A model generated the notes under the pieces. It was not told the origin of the DNA, searched no databases, and saw only the letters and a program-made list of their open reading frames with translations. A program made the position numbers and the translations under genes. 64,000 bases of DNA from Antedon mediterranea (lineage: Eukaryota; Animalia; Echinodermata), in NCBI RefSeq assembly GCF_964355755.1, contig NC_092678.1, positions 10,166,352-10,230,351 of the forward strand. The letters are read 5' to 3'. This document shows positions 48,786 to 63,300 of the stretch, in pieces. Within the stretch, counting starts at the first letter, position 1. The number at the start of each line of letters is the position of its first letter.

Positions 48786-51700
48786 TTTTATGTTAAAAAA
48801 GTTTTTTCGAAAATCACAAAATGGTCTAAAACGTTTCCAAATGCGATTTGAAGCTCTTCTGTACACTTTGATGTTTTGTGTGAAAAAGTTTTTTCGAAAT
48901 GCTCAAAATGGTCTAAAACGTTTTTAAATACGATATTAAGCTGTTTTGTGCACTTTGATGGTTTGTGTGAAAAGTTTTAACGAAATGCTCAAAATGGTCA
49001 AAAACGGTTTCTAATGTGATTTTAAGCACTTTGATGTTTTTGTGTAACCAAGTTTTTTCGAAAATCACAAATTGGTCTAAAACGTCTCCAAATGCGATTT
49101 GAAGCTTTTCTAAACACTTTGGTGCTTTTATGTTAACAAGTTTTTTCGAAAATCACAAAATGGTCTAAAACGTCTCCAAATGCGATTTGAAGCTTTTCTA
49201 AACACTTTGGTGTTTTTATGTTAACAAGTTTTTTCGAAAATCACAAAATGGTCTAAAACGTCTTCAAATGCGATTTGAAGATATTCTGAGCACTTTGGTG
49301 TTTTTCTGTTAAAAAGTTTTTTCGAAAATCACAAAATGGTCTAAAACGTCTCCAAATGCGATTTGAAGCTCTTCTGTACACTTTGATGTTTTGTGTGAAA
49401 AAGTTTTCTCGAAATGCTCAAAATGGTCTAAAACGTTTTCCAATACCATATTAAGCTATTTTGTGCAATTTGATGTTTTTATGTAACCAAGTTTTTTGAA
49501 ATGCGATTTGAAGATATTCTGAGCACTTTGGTGTTTTTATGTTAAAAAGTTTTTTCGAAAATCACAAAATGGTCTAAAACGTCTCCAAATGCGATTTGAA
49601 GATATTCTGAGCACTTTGGTGTTTTTATGTTAAAAAGTTTTTTCGAAAATCACAAAATGGTCTAAAACGTCTCCAAATGCGATTTGAAGCTATTCTGTAC
49701 ACTTTGATGTTTTGTGTGAAAAAGTTTTGTCGAAATGCTCAAAATGGTCTAAAACGTTTTTAAAACGATATTAAGCTATTTTGTGCTCTTTGATGTTTTT
49801 GTGTAACCAAGTTTTTTCGAAAATCACAAAATGGTCTAAAACGTCTCCAAATGCGATTTGAAGATATTCTGAGCACTTTGGTGTTTTTATGTTAAAAAGT
49901 ATTTTCGAAAATCACAAAATGGTCTAAAACGTCTCCAAATGCGATTTGAAGCTCTTCTGTACACTTTGATGTTTTGTGTGAAAAAGTTTAGTCGAAATGC
50001 TCAAAATGGTCTATAACGTTTTTAAAACGATATTAAGCTATTTTGTGCTCTTTGATGTTTTTGTGTAACCAAGTTTCATCGAAAATCACAAAATGGTCTA
50101 AAACGTCTCCAAATGCGATTTGAAGATATTCTGAGCACTTTGGTGTTTTTATGTTAACAAGTTTTTTCGAAAATCACAAAATGGTCTAAAACGTCTCCAA
50201 ATGCGATTTGAAGATATTCTGAGCACTTTGGTGTTTTTATGTTAAAAAGTTTTTTCGAAAATCACAAAATGGTCTAAAACGTCTCCAAATGCGATTTGAA
50301 GCTATTCTATACACTTTGATGTTTTGTGTTAAAAAGTTTTGTCGAAATGCTCAAAATGGTTTAAAACGTTTTTAAAACGATATTAAGCTATTTTGTGCTC
50401 TTTGATGTTTTTGTGTAACCAAGTTTCATCGAAATGAACAAAATGGTCTAAAACGTCTCCAAATGCGATTTGAAGCTTTTCCAAGCACTTTGCTGTTTTT
50501 ATGTTAACAAGTTTTTTCGAAAATCACAAAATTGTCTAAAACGTCTCAAAATGCGATTTGAAGGTATTCTGAGCACTTTGGTGTTTTTGTGTGAAAAGTT
50601 TTAACGAAAAGCTCAAAATGGTCTAAAACGGTTCTAATGTGATTTTAAGCACTTTGATGTTTTTGTACAACCAAGTTTCATCGAAATGCTCAAAATGGTC
50701 TAAAACGTTTTTAAAACGATATTAAGCTATTTTGTGCTCTTTGATGTTTTTGTGTAACCAAGTTTTTTCGAAAATCACAAAATGGTCTAAAACGTCTCCA
50801 AATGCGATTTGAAGCTTTTCTAAGCACTTTGGTGTTTTTATGTTAACAAGTTTTTTCGAAAATCACAAAATGGTCTAAAACGTCTCCAAATGCGATTTGA
50901 AGATATTCTGAGCACTTTGGTGTTTTTCTGTTAAAAAGTATTTTCGAAAATCACAAAATGGTCTAAAACGTCTCCAAATGCAATTTGAAGCTATTCTGTA
51001 CACTTTGATGTTTTGTGTGAAAAAGTTTTGTCAAAATGCTCAAAATGGTCTAAAACGTTTTTAAAACGATATTAAGCTATTTTGTGCTCTTTGATGTTTT
51101 TGTATAACCAAGTTTTTTCGAAAATCACAAAATGGTCTAAAACGTCTCCAAATGCGATTTGAAGCTTTTCTAAACACTTTGGTGTTTTTATGTTAACAAG
51201 TTTTTTCGAAAATCACAAAATGGTCTAAAACGTCTCCAAATCCGATTTGAAGCTATTCTGTACACTTTGATGTTTTGTGTGAAAAAGTTTTGTCGAAATG
51301 CTCAAAATGGTCTAAAACGTTTTTAAAACGATATTAAGCTATTTTGTGCTCTTTGATGTTTTTGTGTAACCAAGTTTCATCGATATGAACAAAATGGTCT
51401 AAAACGTCTCAAAATGCGATTTGAAGGTATTCTGAGCACTTTGGTGTTTTTGGGTGAAAAGTTTTAACGAAATGCTCAAAATGGTCTAAAACGGTTTCTA
51501 ATGTGATTTTAAGCACTTTGAAGTATTTGTAAAAACAAGTTTCATCGAAATGCACAAAATAGTCTAAAACGTCTCCAAATGCGATTTGAAGCTTTTCTAA
51601 GCACTTTGGTGTTTTTATGTTAACAAGTTTTTTCGAAAATCACAAAATGGTCTAAAACGTCTCCAAATGCGATTTGAAGATATTCTGAGCACTTTGGTGT

Positions 51701-54700
51701 TTTTATGTTAAAAAGTATTTTCGAAAATCACAAAATGGTCTAAAACGTCTCCAAATGCGATTTGAAGCTCTTCTGTACACTTTGATGTTTTGTGTGAAAA
51801 AGTTTAGTCGAAATGCTCAAAATGGTCTAAAACGTTTTTAAAACGATATTAAGCTATTTTGTGCTCTTTGATGTTTTTGTGTAACCAAGTTTCATCGAAA
51901 ATCACAAAATGGTCTAAAACGTCTCCAAATGCGATTTGAAGCTTTTCCAAGCACTTTGCTGTTTTTATGTTAACAAGTTTTTTCGAAAATCACAAAATGG
52001 TCTAAAACGTCTCAAAATACGATATTAAGCTGTTTTGTGCACTTTGATGATTTGTGTGAAAAGTTTTAACGAAATGCTCAAAATGGTCTAAAACGGTTTC
52101 TAATGTGATTTTAAGCACTTTGATGTTTTTATGTAGCCAAGTTTTTTCGAAAATCACAAAATGGTCAAAAACGTCTCCAAATGCGATTTGAAGCTTTTCT
52201 AAGCACTTTGGTGTTTTTATGTTAACAAGTTTTTTCGAAAATCACAAAATGGTCTAAAACGTCTTCAAATGCGATTTGAAGATATTCTGAGCACTTTGGT
52301 GTTTTTCTGTTAAAAAGTATTTTCGAAAATCACAAAAGGGTCTATAACGTCTCCAAATGCGATTTGAAGCTATTCTAGACACTTTGATGTTTTGTGTGAA
52401 AAATTTTCTCGAAATGCTCAAAATGGTCTAAAACGTTTTAAGCTATTTTGTGCAATTTGATGTTTTTGTGTAACCAAGTTTTTTGAAATGCGATTTGAAG
52501 ATATTCTGAGGACTTTGGTGTTTTTATGTTAAAAAGTTTTTTCGAAAATCACAAAATGGTCTAAAACGTCTCCAAATGCGATTTGAAGATATTCTGAGCA
52601 CTTTGGTGTTTTTATGTTAAAAAGTTTTTTGGAAAATCACAAAATGGTCTAAAACGACTCCAAATGCGATTTGAAGCTATCCTGTACACTTTGATGTTTT
52701 GTGTGAAAAAGTTTTGTCGAAATGCTCAAAATGATCTAAAACGTTTTTAAAACGATATTAAGCTATTTTGTGCTCTTTGATGTTTTTGTGTATCCAAGTT
52801 TCATCGAAATGAACAAAATGGTCTAAAACGTTTTTAAATACCATATTAAGCTGTTTTGTGCACTTTGATGATTTGTGTGAAAAGTTTTAACGAAATGCTC
52901 AAAATAGTCTAAAACGGTTTCTAATGTGATTTTAAGCACTTTGATGTTTTTGTGTAACCAAGTTTTATCGAAATGAACAAAATGGTCTAAAACGTCTCCA
53001 AATGCAATTTGAAGCTTTTCCAAGCACTTTGCTGTTTTTATATTAAGTTTTTTCGAAAATCACAAAATGGTCTAAAACGTCTCTAAATGCGATTTGAAGG
53101 TATTCTGAGCAATTTGGTGTTTTTGTGTGAAAAGTTTTAACGAAATGCTCAAAATTGTCTAAAACGGTTTCTAATGTGATTTTAAGCACTTTGATGTTTT
53201 TGTAAAACCAAGTTTCATCGAAATGCACAAAATGGTCTAAAACGTCTCCAAATGCGATTTGAAGCTATTCTGTACACTTTGATGTTTTGTGTGAAAAAAG
53301 TTTTGTCGAAATGCTCAAAATGGTCTAAAACGTTTTTAAAACGATATTAAGCTATTTTGTGCTCTTTGATGTTTTTGTGTAACCAAGTTTTATCGAAATG
53401 AACAAAATGGTCTAAAACGTCTCCAAATGCGATTTGAAGCTTTTCCAAGCACTTTGCTGTTTTTATGTTAACAGGTTTTTTCGAAAATCACAAAATGGTC
53501 TAAAACGTCTCAAAATGCGATTTGAAGGTATTCTGAGCACTTTGGTGTTTTTGTGTGAAAAGTTTTAACGAAATGCTCAAAATTGTCTAAAACGGTTTCT
53601 AATGTGATTTTAAGCACTTTGATGTTTTTGTAAAACCAAGTTTCATCGAAATGCACAAAATGGTCTAAAATGTCTCCAAATGCGATTTGAAGCTTTTCCA
53701 AGCACTTTGCTGTTTTTATGTTAACAAGCTTTTTCGAAAATCACAAAATGGTCTAAAACGTCTCCAAATGTGATTTGAAGATATTCTGAGCACTTTGGTA
53801 TTTTTATGTTAAAAAGTTTTTTCGAAAATCACAAAATGGTCTAAAACGTCTCCAAATGCGATTTGAAGATATTCTGAGCACTTTGGTGTTTTTATGTTAA
53901 AAAGTTTTTTCGAAAATCACAAAATGGTCTAAAACGTCTCCAAATGCGATTTGAAGCTATTCTGTACACTTTGATGTTTTGTGTGAAAAAGTTTTGTCGA
54001 AATGCTCAAAATGGTTTAAAACGTTTTTAAAACGATATTAAGCTATTTTGTGCTCTTTGATGTTTTTGTATAACCAAGTTTCATCGAAATGCACAAAATG
54101 GTCTAAAACGTCTCCAAATACGATTTGAAGCTTTTCCAAGCACTTTGCTGTTTTTATGTTAACAAGTTTTTTCGAAAATCACAAAATTGTCTAAAACGTC
54201 TCAAAATGCGATTTGAAGGTATTCTGAGCACTTTGGTGTTTTTGTGTGAAAAGTTTTAACGAAAAGCTCAAAATGGTCTAAAACGGTTCTAATGTGATTT
54301 TAAGCACTTTGATGTTTTTGTACAACCAAGTTTCATCGAAATGCTCAAAATGGTCTAAAACGTTTTTAAAACGATATTAAGCTATTTTGTGCTCTTTGAT
54401 GTTTTTGTGTAACCAAGTTTTTTTCGAAAATCACAAAATGGTCTAAAACGTCTCCAAATGCGATTTGAAGCTTTTCTAAGCACTTTGGTGTTTTTATGTT
54501 AACAAGTTTTTTCGAAAATCGCAAAATGGTCTAAAACGTCTCAAAATGCGATTTGAAGGTATTCTGAGCACTTTGGTGTTTTTGTGTGAAAAGTTTTAAC
54601 GAAATGCTCAAAATGGTCTAAAACGGTTTCTAATGTGATTTTAACCACTTTGATGTTTTTGTGTAACCAAGTTCTTTTCGAAAATCACAAAATGGTCTAA

Positions 54701-57678
54701 AACGTCTCCAAATGCGATTTGAAGCTTTTCTAAGCACTTTGGTGTTTTTATGTTAACAAGTTTTTTCGAAAATCACAAAATGGTCTAAAACGTCTCAAAA
54801 TGCGATTTGAAGGTATTCTGAGCACTTTGGTGTTTTTGTGTGAAAAGTTTTAACGAAATGCTCAAAATGGTCTAAAACGGTTTCTAATGTGATTTTAACC
54901 ACTTTGATGTTTTTGTGTAACCAAGTTTTTTCGAAAATCACAAAATGGTCTAAAACGTCTCCAAATGCGATTTGAAGCTTTTCTAAGCACTTTGGTGTTT
55001 TTATGTTAACAAGTTTTTTCGAAAATCACAAAATGGTCTAAAACGTCTCCAAATGCGATTTGAAGCTATTCTGTACACTTTGATGTTTTGTGTGAAAAAA
55101 GTTTTGTCGAAATGCTCAAAATGGTCTAAAACGTTTTTAAAACGATATTAAGCTATTTTGTGCTCTTTGATGTTTTTGTGTAACCAAGTTTTATCGAAAT
55201 GAACAAAATGTTCTAAAACGTCTCCAAATGCGATTTGAAGCTTTTCCAAGCACTTTGCTGTTTTTATGTTAAGTTTTTTCGAAAATCACAAAATGGTCTA
55301 AAACGTCTCTAAATGCGATTTGAAGGTATTCTGAGCACTTTGGTGTTTTTGTGTGAAAAGTTTTAACGAAATGCTCAAAATTGTCTAAAACGGTTTCTAA
55401 TGTGATTTTAAGCACTTTGATGTTTTTGTAAAACCAAGTTTCATCGAAATGCACAAAATGGTCTAAAATGTCTCCAAATGCGATTTGAAGCTTTTCCAAG
55501 CACTTTGCTGTTTTTATGTTAACAAGCTTTTTCGAAAATCACAAAATGGTCTAAAACGTCTCCAAATGTGATTTGAAGATATTCTGAGCACTTTGGTGTT
55601 TTTATGTTAAAAAGTTTTTTGGAAAATCACAAAATGGTCTAAAACGACTCCAAATGCGATTTGAAGCTATCCTGTACACTTTGATGTTTTGTGTGAAAAA
55701 GTTTTGTCGAAATGCTCAAAATGATCTAAAACGTTTTTAAAACGATATTAAGCTATTTTGTGCTCTTTGATGTTTTTGTGTATCCAAGTTTCATCGAAAT
55801 GAACAAAATGGTCTAAAACGTTTTTAAATACGATATTAAGCTGTTTTGTGCACTTTGATGATTTGTGTGAAAAGTTTTAACGAAATGCTCAAAATAGTCT
55901 AAAACGGTTTCTAATGTGATTTTAAGCACTTTGATGTTTTTGTGTAACCAAGTTTTTTCGGAAATCACAAAATGGTCTAAAACGTCTCCAAATGCGATTT
56001 GAAGCTTTTCTAAGCACTTTGGTGTTTTTATGTTAACAAGTTTTTTCGAAAATCACAAAATGGTCTAAAACGTCTCAAAATGCGATTTGAAGGTAATCTG
56101 AGCACTTTGGTGTTTTTGTGTGAAAAGTTTTAACGAAATGCTCAAAATGGTCTAAAACGGTTTCTAATGTGATTTTAACAACTTTGATGTTTTTGTGTAA
56201 CCAAGTTTTTTCGAAAATCACAAAATGGTCTAAAACGTTTCCAAATGCGATTTGAAGCTTTTCTAAGCACTTTGGTGTTTTTATGTTAACAAGTTTTTTC
56301 GAAAATCACAAAATGGTCTAAAACGTCTGCAAATGCGATTTGAAGATATTCTGAGCACTTTGGTGTTTTTCTGTTAAAAAGTATTTTCGAAAATCACAAA
56401 ATGGTCTAAAACGTCTCCAAATGCAATTTGAAGCTATTCTGTACACTTTGATGTTTTGTGTGAAAAAGTTTTGTCAAAATGCTCAAAATGGTCTAAAACG
56501 TTTTTAAAACGATATTAAGCTATTTTGTGCTCTTTGATGTTTTTGTATAACCAAGTTTTTTCGAAATGAACAAAATGGTCTAAAACGTCTCCAAATGCGA
56601 TTTGAAGCTTTTCTAAACACTTTGGTGTTTTTATGTTAACAAGTTTTTTCGAAAATCACAAAATGGTCTAAAACGTCTCCAAATCCGATTTGAAGCTATT
56701 CTGTACACTTTGATGTTTTGTGTGAAAAAGTTTTGTCGAAATGCTCAAAATGGTCTAAAACGTTTTTAAAACGATATTAAGCTATTTTGTGCTCTTTGAT
56801 GTTTTTGTGTAACCAAGTTTCATCGATATGAACAAAATGGTCTAAAACGTCTCAAAATGCGATTTGAAGGTATTCTGAGCACTTTGGTGTTTTTGGGTGA
56901 AAAGTTTTAACGAAATGCTCAAAATGGTCTAAAACGGTTTCTAATGTGATTTTAAGCACTTTGAAGTATTTGTAAAAACAAGTTTCATCGAAATGCACAA
57001 AATAGTCTAAAACGTCTCCAAATGCGATTTGAAGCTTTTCTAAGCACTTTGGTGTTTTTATGTTAACAAGTTTTTTCGAAAATCACAAAATGGTCTAAAA
57101 CGTCTCCAAATGCGATTTGAAGATATTCTGAGCACTTTGGTGTTTTTATGTTAAAAAGTATTTTCGAAAATCACAAAATGGTCTAAAACGTCTCCAAATG
57201 CGATTTGAAGCTCTTCTGTACACTTTGATGTTTTGTGTGAAAAAGTTTAGTCGAAATGCTCAAAATGGTCTAAAACGTTTTTAAAACGATATTAAGCTAT
57301 TTTGTGCTCTTTGATGTTTTTGTGTAACCAAGTTTCATCGAAATGAACAAAATGGTCTAAAACGTCTCCAAATGCGATTTGAAGCTTTTCTAAGCACTTT
57401 GGTGTTTTTATGTTAACAAGTTTTTTCGAAAATCACAAAATGGTCTAAAACGTCTCCAAATGCGATTTGAAGATATTCTGAGCACTTTGCTGTTTTTATG
57501 TTAACAAGTTTTTTCGAAAATCACAAAATGGTCTAAAACGTCTCAAAATGCTATTTGAAGGTATTCTGAGCACTTTGGTGTTTTTGTGTGAAAAGTTTTA
57601 ACGAAATGCTCAAAATGGTCTAAAACGGTTCTAATGTGATTTTAAACACTTTGATGTTTTGTGTGAAAAAGTTTTGTC

Positions 57679-60339
57679 AAAATGCTGAAAATGGTCTAAA
57701 ACGTTTTTAAAACGATATTAAGCTATTTTGTGCTCTTTGATGTTTTTGTATAACCAAGTTTTTTCGAAAATCACAAAATGGTCTAAAACGTCTCCAAATG
57801 CGATTTGAAGATATTCTGAGCACTTTGGTGTTTTTATGTTAAAAAGTTTTTTCGAAAATCACAAAATGGTCTAAAACGTCTCCAAATGCGATTTGAAGAT
57901 ATTCTGAGCACTTTGGTGTTTTTATGTTAAAAAGTTTTTTCGAAAATCACAAAATGGTCTAAAACGTCTCCAAATGCGATTTGAAGCTATTCTATACACT
58001 TTGATGTTTTGTGTTAAAAAGTTTTGTCGAAATGCTCAAAATGGTTTAAAACGTTTTTAAAACGATATTAAGCTATTTTGTGCTCTTTGATGTTTTTGTG
58101 TAACCAAGTTTCATCGAAATGAACAAAATGGTCTAAAACGTCTCCAAATGCGATTTGAAGCTTTTCCAAGCACTTTGCTGTTTTTATGTTAACAAGTTTT
58201 TTCGAAAATCACAAAATTGTCTAAAACGTCTCAAAATGCGATTTGAAGGTATTCTGAGCACTTTGGTGTTTTTGTGTGAAAAGTTTTAACGAAAAGCTCA
58301 AAATGGTCTAAAACGGTTCTAATGTGATTTTAAGCACTTTGATGTTTTTGTACAACCAAGTTTCATCGAAATGCTCAAAATGGTCTAAAACGTTTTTAAA
58401 ACGATATTAAGCTATTTTGTGCTCTTTGATGTTTTTGTGTAACCAAGTTTTTTCGAAAATCACAAAATGGTCTAAAACGTCTCCAAATGCGATTTGAAGG
58501 TTTTCTAAGCACTTTGGTGTTTTTATGTTAACAAGTTTTTTCGAAAATCACAAAATGGTCTAAAACGTCTCAAAATGCGATTTGAAGGTATTCTGAGCAC
58601 TTTGGTGTTTTTGTGTGAAAAGTTTTAACGAAATGCTCAAAATGGTCTAAAACGGTTTCTAATGTGATTTTAACCACTTTGATGTTTTTGTGTAACCAAG
58701 TTCTTTTCGAAAATCACAAAATGGTCTAAAACGTCTCCAAATGCGATTTGAAGCTTTTCTAAGCACTTTGGTGTTTTTATGTTAACAAGTTTTTTCGAAA
58801 ATCACAAAATGGTCTAAAACGTCTCAAAATGCGATTTGAAGGTATTCTGAGCACTTTGGTGTTTTTGTGTGAAAAGTTTTAACGAAATGCTCAAAATGGT
58901 CTAAAACGGTTTCTAATGTGATTTTAACCACTTTGATGTTTTTGTGTAACCAAGTTTTTTCGAAAATCACAAAATGGTCTAAAACGTCTCCAAATGCGAT
59001 TTGAAGCTTTTCTAAGCACTTTGGTGTTTTTATGTTAACAAGTTTTTTCGAAAATCACAAAATGGTCTAAAACGTCTCCAAATGCGATTTGAAGCTATTC
59101 TGTACACTTTGATGTTTTGTGTGAAAAGTTTTAACAAAATGCTGAAAATGGTCTAAAACGTTTTTAAAACGATATTAAGCTATTTTGTGCTCTTTGATGT
59201 TTTTGTATAACCAAGTTTTTTCGAAAATCACAAAATGGTCTAAAACGTCTCCAAATGCGATTTGAAGATATTCTGAGCACTTTGGTGTTTTTATGTTAAA
59301 AAGTTTTTTCGAAAATCACAAAATGGTCTAAAACGTCTCCAAATGCGATTTGAAGATATTCTGAGCACTTTGGTGTTTTTATGTTAAAAAGTTTTTTCGA
59401 AAATCACAAAATGGTCTAAAACGTCTCCAAATGCGATTTGAAGCTATTCTATACACTTTGATGTTTTGTGTTAAAAAGTTTTGTCGAAATGCTCAAAATG
59501 GTTTAAAACGTTTTTAAAACGATATTAAGCTATTTTGTGCTCTTTGATGTTTTTGTGTAACCAAGTTTCATCGAAATGAACAAAATGGTCTAAAACGTCT
59601 CCAAATGCGATTTGAAGCTTTTCCAAGCACTTTGCTGTTTTTATGTTAACAAGTTTTTTCGAAAATCACAAAATTGTCTAAAACGTCTCAAAATGCGATT
59701 TGAAGGTATTCTGAGCACTTTGGTGTTTTTGTGTGAAAAGTTTTAACGAAAAGCTCAAAATGGTCTAAAACGGTTCTAATGTGATTTTAAGCACTTTGAT
59801 GTTTTTGTACAACCAAGTTTCATCGAAATGCTCAAAATGGTCTAAAACGTTTTTAAAACGATATTAAGCTATTTTGTGCTCTTTGATGTTTTTGTGTAAC
59901 CAAGTTTTTTCGAAAATCACAAAATGGTCTAAAACGTCTCCAAATGCGATTTGAAGCTTTTCTAAGCACTTTGGTGTTTTTATGTTAACAAGTTTTTTCG
60001 AAAATCACAAAATGGTCTAAAACGTCTCAAAATGCGATTTGAAGGTATTCTGAGCACTTTGGTGTTTTTGTGTGAAAAGTTTTAACGAAATGCTCAAAAT
60101 GGTCTAAAACGGTTTCTAATGTGATTTTAACCACTTTGATGTTTTTGTGTAACCAAGTTCTTTTCGAAAATCACAAAATGGTCTAAAACGTCTCCAAATG
60201 CGATTTGAAGCTTTTCTAAGCACTTTGGTGTTTTTATGTTAACAAGTTTTTTCGAAAATCACAAAATGGTCTAAAACGTCTCCAAATGCGATTTGAAGCT
60301 ATTCTGTACACTTTGATGTTTTGTGTGAAAAGTTTTAAC
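57679..60339 (+). repeat. Direct tandem duplication: 1457-bp unit followed by a 1204-bp copy lacking one 253-bp E-F-G trimer
   Basis: Marker G of GCTGAAA at 57687 and 59144 (1457 apart). Unit end TTTTAAC at 59135 and 60339 (1204 = 1457-253). The paralog at ~9868-11325 has a single unit. Confidence 0.87.
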
Positions 60340-63300
60340 GAAATGCTCAAAATTGTCTAAAACGGTTTCTAATGTGATTTTAAGCACTTTGATGTTTTTG
60401 TAAAACCAAGTTTCATCGAAATGCACAAAATGGTCTAAAACGTCTCCAAATGCGATTTGAAGCTTTTCCAAGCACTTTGGTGTTTTTATGTTAACAAGGT
60501 TTTTCGAAAATCACAAAATGGTCTAAAACGTCTCCAAATGCGATTTGAAGCTTTTCCAAGCACTTTGCTGTTTTTATGTTAACAAGTTTTTTCGAAAATC
60601 ACAAAATGGTCTAAAACGTCTCAAAATACGATATTAAGCTGTTTTGTGCACTTTGATGATTTGTGTGAAAAGTTTTAACGAAATGCTCAAAATGGTCTAA
60701 AACGGTTTCTAATGTGATTTTAAGCACTTTGATGTTTTTATGTAGCCAAGTTTTTTCGAAAATCACAAAATGGTCAAAAACGTCTCCAAATGCGATTTGA
60801 AGCTTTTCTAAGCACTTTGGTTTTTTTATGTTAACAAGTTTTTTCGAAAATCACAAAATGGTCTAAAACGTCTTCAAATGCGATTTGAAGATATTCTGAG
60901 CACTTTGGTGTTTTTCTGTTAAAAAGTATTTTCGAAAATCACAAAATGGCCTAAAACGTCTCCAAATGCGATTTGAAGCTATTCTGTACACTTTGATGTT
61001 TTGTGTGAAAAAGTTTTGTCAAAATGCTCAAAATGGTCTAAAACGTTTTTAAAACGATATTAAGCTATTTTGTGCTCTTTGATGTGTTTGTATAACCAAG
61101 TTTTTTCGAAAATCACAAAATGGTCTAAAACGTCTCCAAATGCGATTTGAAGATTTTCCAAGCACTTTGCTGTTTTTATGTTAACAATTTTTTTCGAAAA
61201 TCATAAAATGGTCTAAAACGTCTCCAAATGCGATTTGAAGCTATTCTGTACACTTTGATGTTTTGTGTGAAAAGTTTTGTCGAAATGCTCAAAATGGTCT
61301 AAAACGTTTTTAAAACGATATTAAGCTATTTTGTGCTCTTTGATGTTTTTGTGTAACCAAGTTTCATCGAAATGAGCAAAATGGTCTAAAACGTCTCCAA
61401 ATGCGATTTGAAGCTTTTCTAAGCACTTTGGTGTTTTTATGTTAACAAGTTTTTTCGAAAATCACAAAATGGTCTAAAACGTCTCCAAATGCGATTTGAA
61501 GATATTCTGAGCACTTTGCTGTTTTTATGTTAACAAGTTTTTTCGAAAATCACAAAATGGTCTAAAACGTCTCAAAATGCTATTTGAAGGTATTCTGAGC
61601 ACTTTGGTGTTTTTGTGTGAAAAGTTTTAACGAAATGCTCAAAATGGTCTAAAACGGTTCTAATGTGATTTTAAGCACTTTGATGTTTTTGTATAACCAA
61701 GTTTCATCGAAATGCTCAAAATGGTCTAAAACGTTTTTAAAACGATATTAAGCTATTTTGTGCTCTTTGATGTTTTTGTGTAACGAAGTTTCATCGAAAT
61801 TAACAAAATGGTCTAAAACGTCTCCAAATGCGATTTGAAGCTTTTCCAAGCACTTTGCTGTTTTTATGTTAACAAGTTTTTTCGAAAATCACAAAATGGC
61901 CTAAAACGTCTCAAAATGCGATTTCAAGGTATTCTGAGCACTTTGGTGTTTTTGTGTGAAAGGTTTTAACGAAATGCTCAAAATGGTCTAAAACGGTTTC
62001 TAATGTGATTTAAAGCACTTTGATGTTTTTGTATAACCAAGTTTCATCGAAATGCACAAAATGGTCTAAAACGTCTCCAAATGCGATTTGAAGCTTTTCT
62101 AAGCACTTTGCTGTTTTTATGTTAACAAGTTTTTTCGAAAATCACAAAATGGTCTAAAACGTCTCCAAATGCGATTTGAAGATATTCTGAGCACTTTGGT
62201 GTTTTTATGTTAAAAAGTTTTTTCGAAAATCACAAAATGGTCTAAAACGTCTCCAAATGCGATTTGAAGATATTCTGAGCACTTTGGTGTTTTTATGTTA
62301 ACAAGTTTTTTCGAAAATCACAAAATGGTCTAAAACGTCTCCAAATGCGATTTGAAGCTATTCTGTACACTTTGATGTTTTGTGTGAAAAAGTTTTGTCG
62401 AAATGCTCAAAATGGTCTAAAACGTTTTTAAAACGATATTAAGCTATTTTGTGCTCTTTGATGTTTTTCTGTAACCAAGTTTTATCGAAATGAACAAAAT
62501 GGTCTAAAACGTCTCCAAATGCGATTTGAAGCTTTTCCAAGCACTTTGCTGTTTTTATGTTAACAAGTTTTTTCGAAAATCACAAAATGGTCTAAAACGT
62601 CTCAAAATGCGATTTGAAGGTATTCTGAGCACTTTGGTGTTTTTGTGTGAAAAGTTTTAACGAAATGCTCAAAATTGTCTAAAACGGTTTCTAATGTGAT
62701 TTTAAGCACTTTGATGTTTTTGTAAAACCAAGTTTCATCGAAATGAACAAAATGGTCTAAAATGTCTCCAAATGCGATTTGAAGCTTTTCCAAGCACTTT
62801 GCTGTTTTTATGTTAACAAGCTTTTTCGAAAATCACAAAATGGTCTAAAACGTCTCCAAATGCGATTTGAAGATATTCTGAGCACTTTGGTGTTTTTATG
62901 TTAAAAAGTTTTTTCGAAAATCACAAAATGGTCTAAAACGTCTCCAAATGCAATTTGAAGATATTCTGAGCACTTTGGTGTTTTTATGTTAAAAAGTTTT
63001 TTCGAAAATCACAAAATGGTCTAAAACGTCTCCAAATGCGATTTGAAGCTATTCTGTACACTTTGATGTTTTGTGTGAAAAAGTTTTGTCGAAATGCTCA
63101 AAATGGTTTAAAACGTTTTTAAAACGATATTAAGTTATTTTGTGCTCTTTGATGTTTTTGTGTAACCAAGTTTCATCGAAATGAACAAAATGGTCTAAAA
63201 CGTCTCCAAATGCGATTTGAAGCTTTTCCAAGCACTTTGCTGTTTTTATGTTAACAAGTTTTTTCGAAAATCACAAAATGGTGTAAAACGTCTCAAAATG

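Noticed and set aside
867-62793. 32 minus-strand ORFs of 61-88 aa (MEKLQIAFGD..., MHFDETW...)
   Set aside because: All are translations of the satellite, and most start at a TTG created by the TTCCAAG variant. They recur wherever the F-G dimer (165 bp, divisible by 3) or similar frames occur. There is no recognisable domain or gene context, and the 88-bp unit shifts frame.
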